Part shown: positions 59,861-64,000 of the stretch, piece after piece
Numbering within the stretch: position 1 is the stretch's first letter
Layout: every line of letters starts with the position of its first letter
DNA from: Nemertoderma westbladi
Lineage: Eukaryota; Animalia; Xenacoelomorpha
Assembly: GCA_032718475.1 (NCBI GenBank)
Contig: JAUCBJ010008295.1
Location: 62,001-126,000 of the forward strand
DNA: 64,000 bases
Direction of reading: 5' to 3'
The notes under the pieces: generated by a model
What the model was told of the DNA's origin: nothing
The model's database searches: none
What the model saw: only the letters and a program-made list of their open reading frames with translations
Program-made: the position numbers and the translations under genes

Positions 59861-62800
59861 ACTCTACAGCAGTGTGCGCATGTGGAATACACTGTGTTTG
59901 GTGCTTGGATTAGAGTTGCATCAGTTGGTTGCTAGGTGATGGTTTGATTGAGATGGCATGGCTCTCTGGCCTTTATAAACTCATCAACTGCCAACTGCTC
60001 AGTAGTTGAAGTCAGCCTGTACAGGTGCTGAGGTGTATGCAGGTATTCTGGTATGTGTAAATCCTTTACTGTACTGCTGTACTGTACAGAAAATGATTTG
60101 TGCTGTATTGGTACTAACACTGCTGCAGTGTTACTGTTACACAGTTCTGCAGTTCACAGTTAGGTGGCCCTGACTGCCTGACATATGCTTACTGACAGAC
60201 TGACATACGCTGAAACCGGTAGGGAGAGCCAATTTGTGATTAATTTATTTACAGTTACTACTACTGCAGTACTGTACTGCAGTACTGTACTATATAAATT
60301 AAATAGGCCCCTATAATATAGGCCTACTTATGTATGAATAAATGCAGTGTGGGTAGAACTGTACAGCTGTAGGCCCATGGCCTGGCCAGGCCTACAAGAT
60401 ATCAGGATATCCAGATGTCGGCAGTAGTGATGAGCATGCAGGCATGAGCCTAGCCTGCTAAGAGAATACCGTTACCGCAGTACCGGTATATTATTGATGC
60501 ATTCCTACATACAACATACTGACATAGGCCTACGGTAGGCCGCCTACCTGCATATTCATATTTTTAGGTTCGTTATGGTTACAGTCTCGTTGGCTGGTTG
60601 GCGGACTGCCGGATACTGGCAGACTGGGATACTAAACCACCACGTTCACCCACGATACAAAAAGACTGATTTGCAATTGCATTGCACAGCGCTGCTCAGT
60701 CAGTCAGTTTATGCCGTATACACTAAGGAACTCTACACAAACCCTCTGCACACTGCCCATGGAAAACTCTGACAAAAACATATCCACTAAACTACTCGCG
60801 AATGTAACGAAAGAGATTTATCCCCCTGATAAAATGACTTTAGTAAATCGGATGTAGTGGACAACAGCGAATAGATCCATCCTGCAACACCAAACCAATG
60901 ACAGGTGACAGTCTGGAAGATGGGTACAACTTCGAGATTCTGTTCTGTGCCTCGTACGGGCACTGGGATGTCGGAACTCCAATGCATCACGCGGTAGCTA
61001 AGATGGTGTGTCGTAACGTTGTAACTGTATCCTTTTGTCAGTTTATAACTGCATGGGTGTATGATCTGGGGATAGCTCAGGGTATATTGCAAAAGCAGGT
61101 TAGTTACAACGGGATGACGAGATACGTTCTTGTTGGTCAGGAAGCTGGGTTCTACTTCAGTACTGCAGTATGTGAGGGTATATCGCTCAGAACCAGGGAA
61201 CAACAAGCCGAGTGACAGTTGAGATGTACAGAAGTCCAGTGTTCATAACGTCCTATAAACCGCAGTGACGGACACCATGTACAACGCCATATACCTGTAA
61301 ACGGACTGCAATGTCGGCAATGCGGGCAGAAGGTTGGATCCCAGTAGCTGCGGTTTGGAATTTGTAAATTATTTAATTGCCTGCGTTTTGTATTCTTATA
61401 AATATCGCTGTTATATTAATAAATAATATTTATAAAGAATTTCCAGTTTTAGAATAAAGAAGTTAAAAAAAGTGATAATTTATTCTGAAGAATTTTCTTA
61501 TTTATTTTTTTCATTTAAAGTTCCTATTCATATTGAGAAGATTTGTGGTCTTAGTAATTCAGGTAATTTTTTACAAAATTGTTAAACAAATTTTACAAGA
61601 AAGTTCGAATTATTTAATGCAACGCCATTTGTTTTATGGAAGATGTTATGTTAATCTCACTTTATTATTTCGTAATGTTGTTGCATTACTTTATAGTGTT
61701 TTAGCCCTGGCGGCTTTATTTCCATTTAGTCATTTCGTTCAATTCTGTGGCATTGTACTGGGATCAGCGTACAAAAATTACTACGGTATTTTACATACAA
61801 TGTAATTTATATGAATATAATAAGCAAGAATTCAGTTCCAATCTTGAATGAATAAATATAATTTGACGTCTCCATTTATTTACCACAATTTATTTTATTA
61901 ATAGTTTGGTATTTTTTAGTTATGACCCGTCCCCTCCATAAATTACGTCACTTGTGTACACTTGAATTTGAACAACCAACCCCCCCCCCCCCCCCCCCCT
62001 CCCCGAACCCACCTTCAGGTCCCGATTAAATGTATAATTAAATAAATTAAATTCTTCTTTCTACATAGTCACATTATTTTTTTCACTGTGAGTGTCCCAT
62101 ATTACAGTATGGCGTCATATGTTGTTATACAGAGATATATATACCCCCCCCCCCCCCATCCTGCATTAGTCAAAGGGAGTGGGTGACCTTACGTACATGT
62201 GACATGGCGAGACCATATCAACGCATTCTTACTACCCTGGGAAAAATTATTATTTCATATTTATTAATGTTGAATTTACACTTCAATCCAAATATTTGAA
62301 ATTTACAATAAAAATTGAAAAAAAATCCCCTCCCCCCTCCCCAACCACTTACACTCATGTCACAGGTTTATCACAATTTGAGATCCCCCCCCCCCCCCCC
62401 CCACCCCTCACTCTTGGCTGCGGCTTCATTTATGAAAGGGTCCATAGTGCATTTCTATTATATATTATATTTTATCTTAATGAAAATATATCTAAAAAGA
62501 TCTCAAATATTTTATCTTAAATATCTAGAAACTTTTTACATTCTTCGTTGAAAATTGATGCTTATTGCGACCCAGATCTAAACATAATATTTGCTTCATC
62601 TTTCAAAATATTATGACATGAGGCATATAACATTTTACCAATATACTCAGTCAGTTTATCAGTTTTAGGCTCGCGCCCTAACTTACTAATTTAGACATTA
62701 TTAGTTATTGTGCTTTTGGCAGTTTTATCACATATGTTTAACCCAGTATCACCCTTCATGACCATCTTTTCTACGCTTGTGGAAATGTAAGCTTATTACT

Positions 62801-64000
62801 GAAACTCTTATTAATTTTATTATAATTTGTATTGGAAATGTATTTGTGAATCAAATAATTTGAATCAACGACATTAAATAGTTAAATTATTATAATACAA
62901 AATAACTATTTAGTAAAAAAACTATGGCTGAAAGCCTGGCGTCAATGCTCGAGTGACTCCTGTTCTGACCATTTCGGTGTCTCATTACAGAGTTCTAATG
63001 GTTCGGGGACTGGTATTGCCTTGGAGACGTCCACATTTATTCATTACTGAATTGAAATTATATTTTGTTTTTTGTTAAGTAAATCAATTATTACGGTTCA
63101 AGTGGGCATTAGTAACAAACTTAAACAGGCCTGTACAGAAGGGGTCTGAACAGAACGCAAAAATTAATAATACGGCCACCAAGACGGACCTCGGGCTGGG
63201 AAAATTCCACCTCTGTATTTTTAGATATTTTGAACTGCAATATTCTATAATTTATAATTTCCATTAAACTATTGTAGTTAAAAGTACAACAGTACATCAC
63301 ATTAACCGTATTTGGCCCGGTTTTTTGTAATTCAACTGTATTTTTGAGACTTGTTTGTCCTGATTTCGTGAAACAGATTTCGTGACTTTCCCTCTACTGC
63401 AAACGGTAATTATGCTATGTTAGTTTTCGTGCGCTGAATTTTAAAAAAATAGTACGGCTCGCTAAATTAAATTAAATTGCGTTACTTATATAGATTTTGG
63501 ATGCTGTGGTCTGATTATGGAACTCAAACATTCGGGAAAAGTTCTGGTAATTTGAATAAAAGGAAATAGTGCAAATATGATGATGAAAAATCACACCCGA
63601 ATCAACATGACTTTAAAACCGTATGGATTTTCTGGGATGCGAATCACGATTATAATAACACCGAAATATATCGTAATTATTGTTTATGGCATTTTGGGAT
63701 ATGTGTCAATGTGGAACGAAATATACAATAAGCGCAAACTTAATAATAAAAATTAATTAATAGGCTTCAAATTAACATTTTATAAATTTTAACATCTGTT
63801 TAGCCCGGTTGCCAAGGTAACTGGATTTTCTATTTAGCCTCAATCGGCTCTGCTATGGACCTTATAGTTGTGTTGCAGAAACCCCAAGTTTATATCTATT
63901 ATAGTTTTCCTACAAATAGAGTTATAAATATTGACTTGAAATACATAGACTTTTTTTGAAGTCCGTTGCCATGGAAACCAGATTTTTCCTGGATATGAGA

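Noticed and set aside
63808-63978. Two RFX X-box-like motifs (GTTGCCAAGGTAAC, GTTGCCATGGAAAC) as a promoter
   Set aside because: No adjacent gene is visible, such motifs also occur inside repeats, and the window ends here.

Overview
AT-rich, repeat-dense metazoan-type genomic DNA with no intact host gene evident. A 28-kb nest of two related BEL/Pao LTR retrotransposons sits inside a 45-bp satellite. Element A (+, 8961-36961, TSD AGTTG) has an intact 2686-aa gag-pol ORF and an extra 3' ORF. Element B (-, 24090-36120, TSD TGTGC) lacks RT and integrase and most of RNase H, and is inserted head-to-head into A's 3' LTR. Main discovery: neither element has a tRNA-type primer-binding site. In each, the 11-12 nt after the 5' LTR are the exact reverse complement of an 11-mer inside its own LTR, at the orthologous position, with three compensatory changes between A and B. 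This suggests Tf1-like self-primed reverse transcription in a BEL/Pao lineage. Also present: the 3' part of a Penelope-like element with a minimal hammerhead ribozyme, two broken GPCR genes, tRNA-derived SINEs, several satellites, and four head-to-tail units of a non-coding element with covarying hairpins. Everything was read by eye; no alignment, folding or database search was run.
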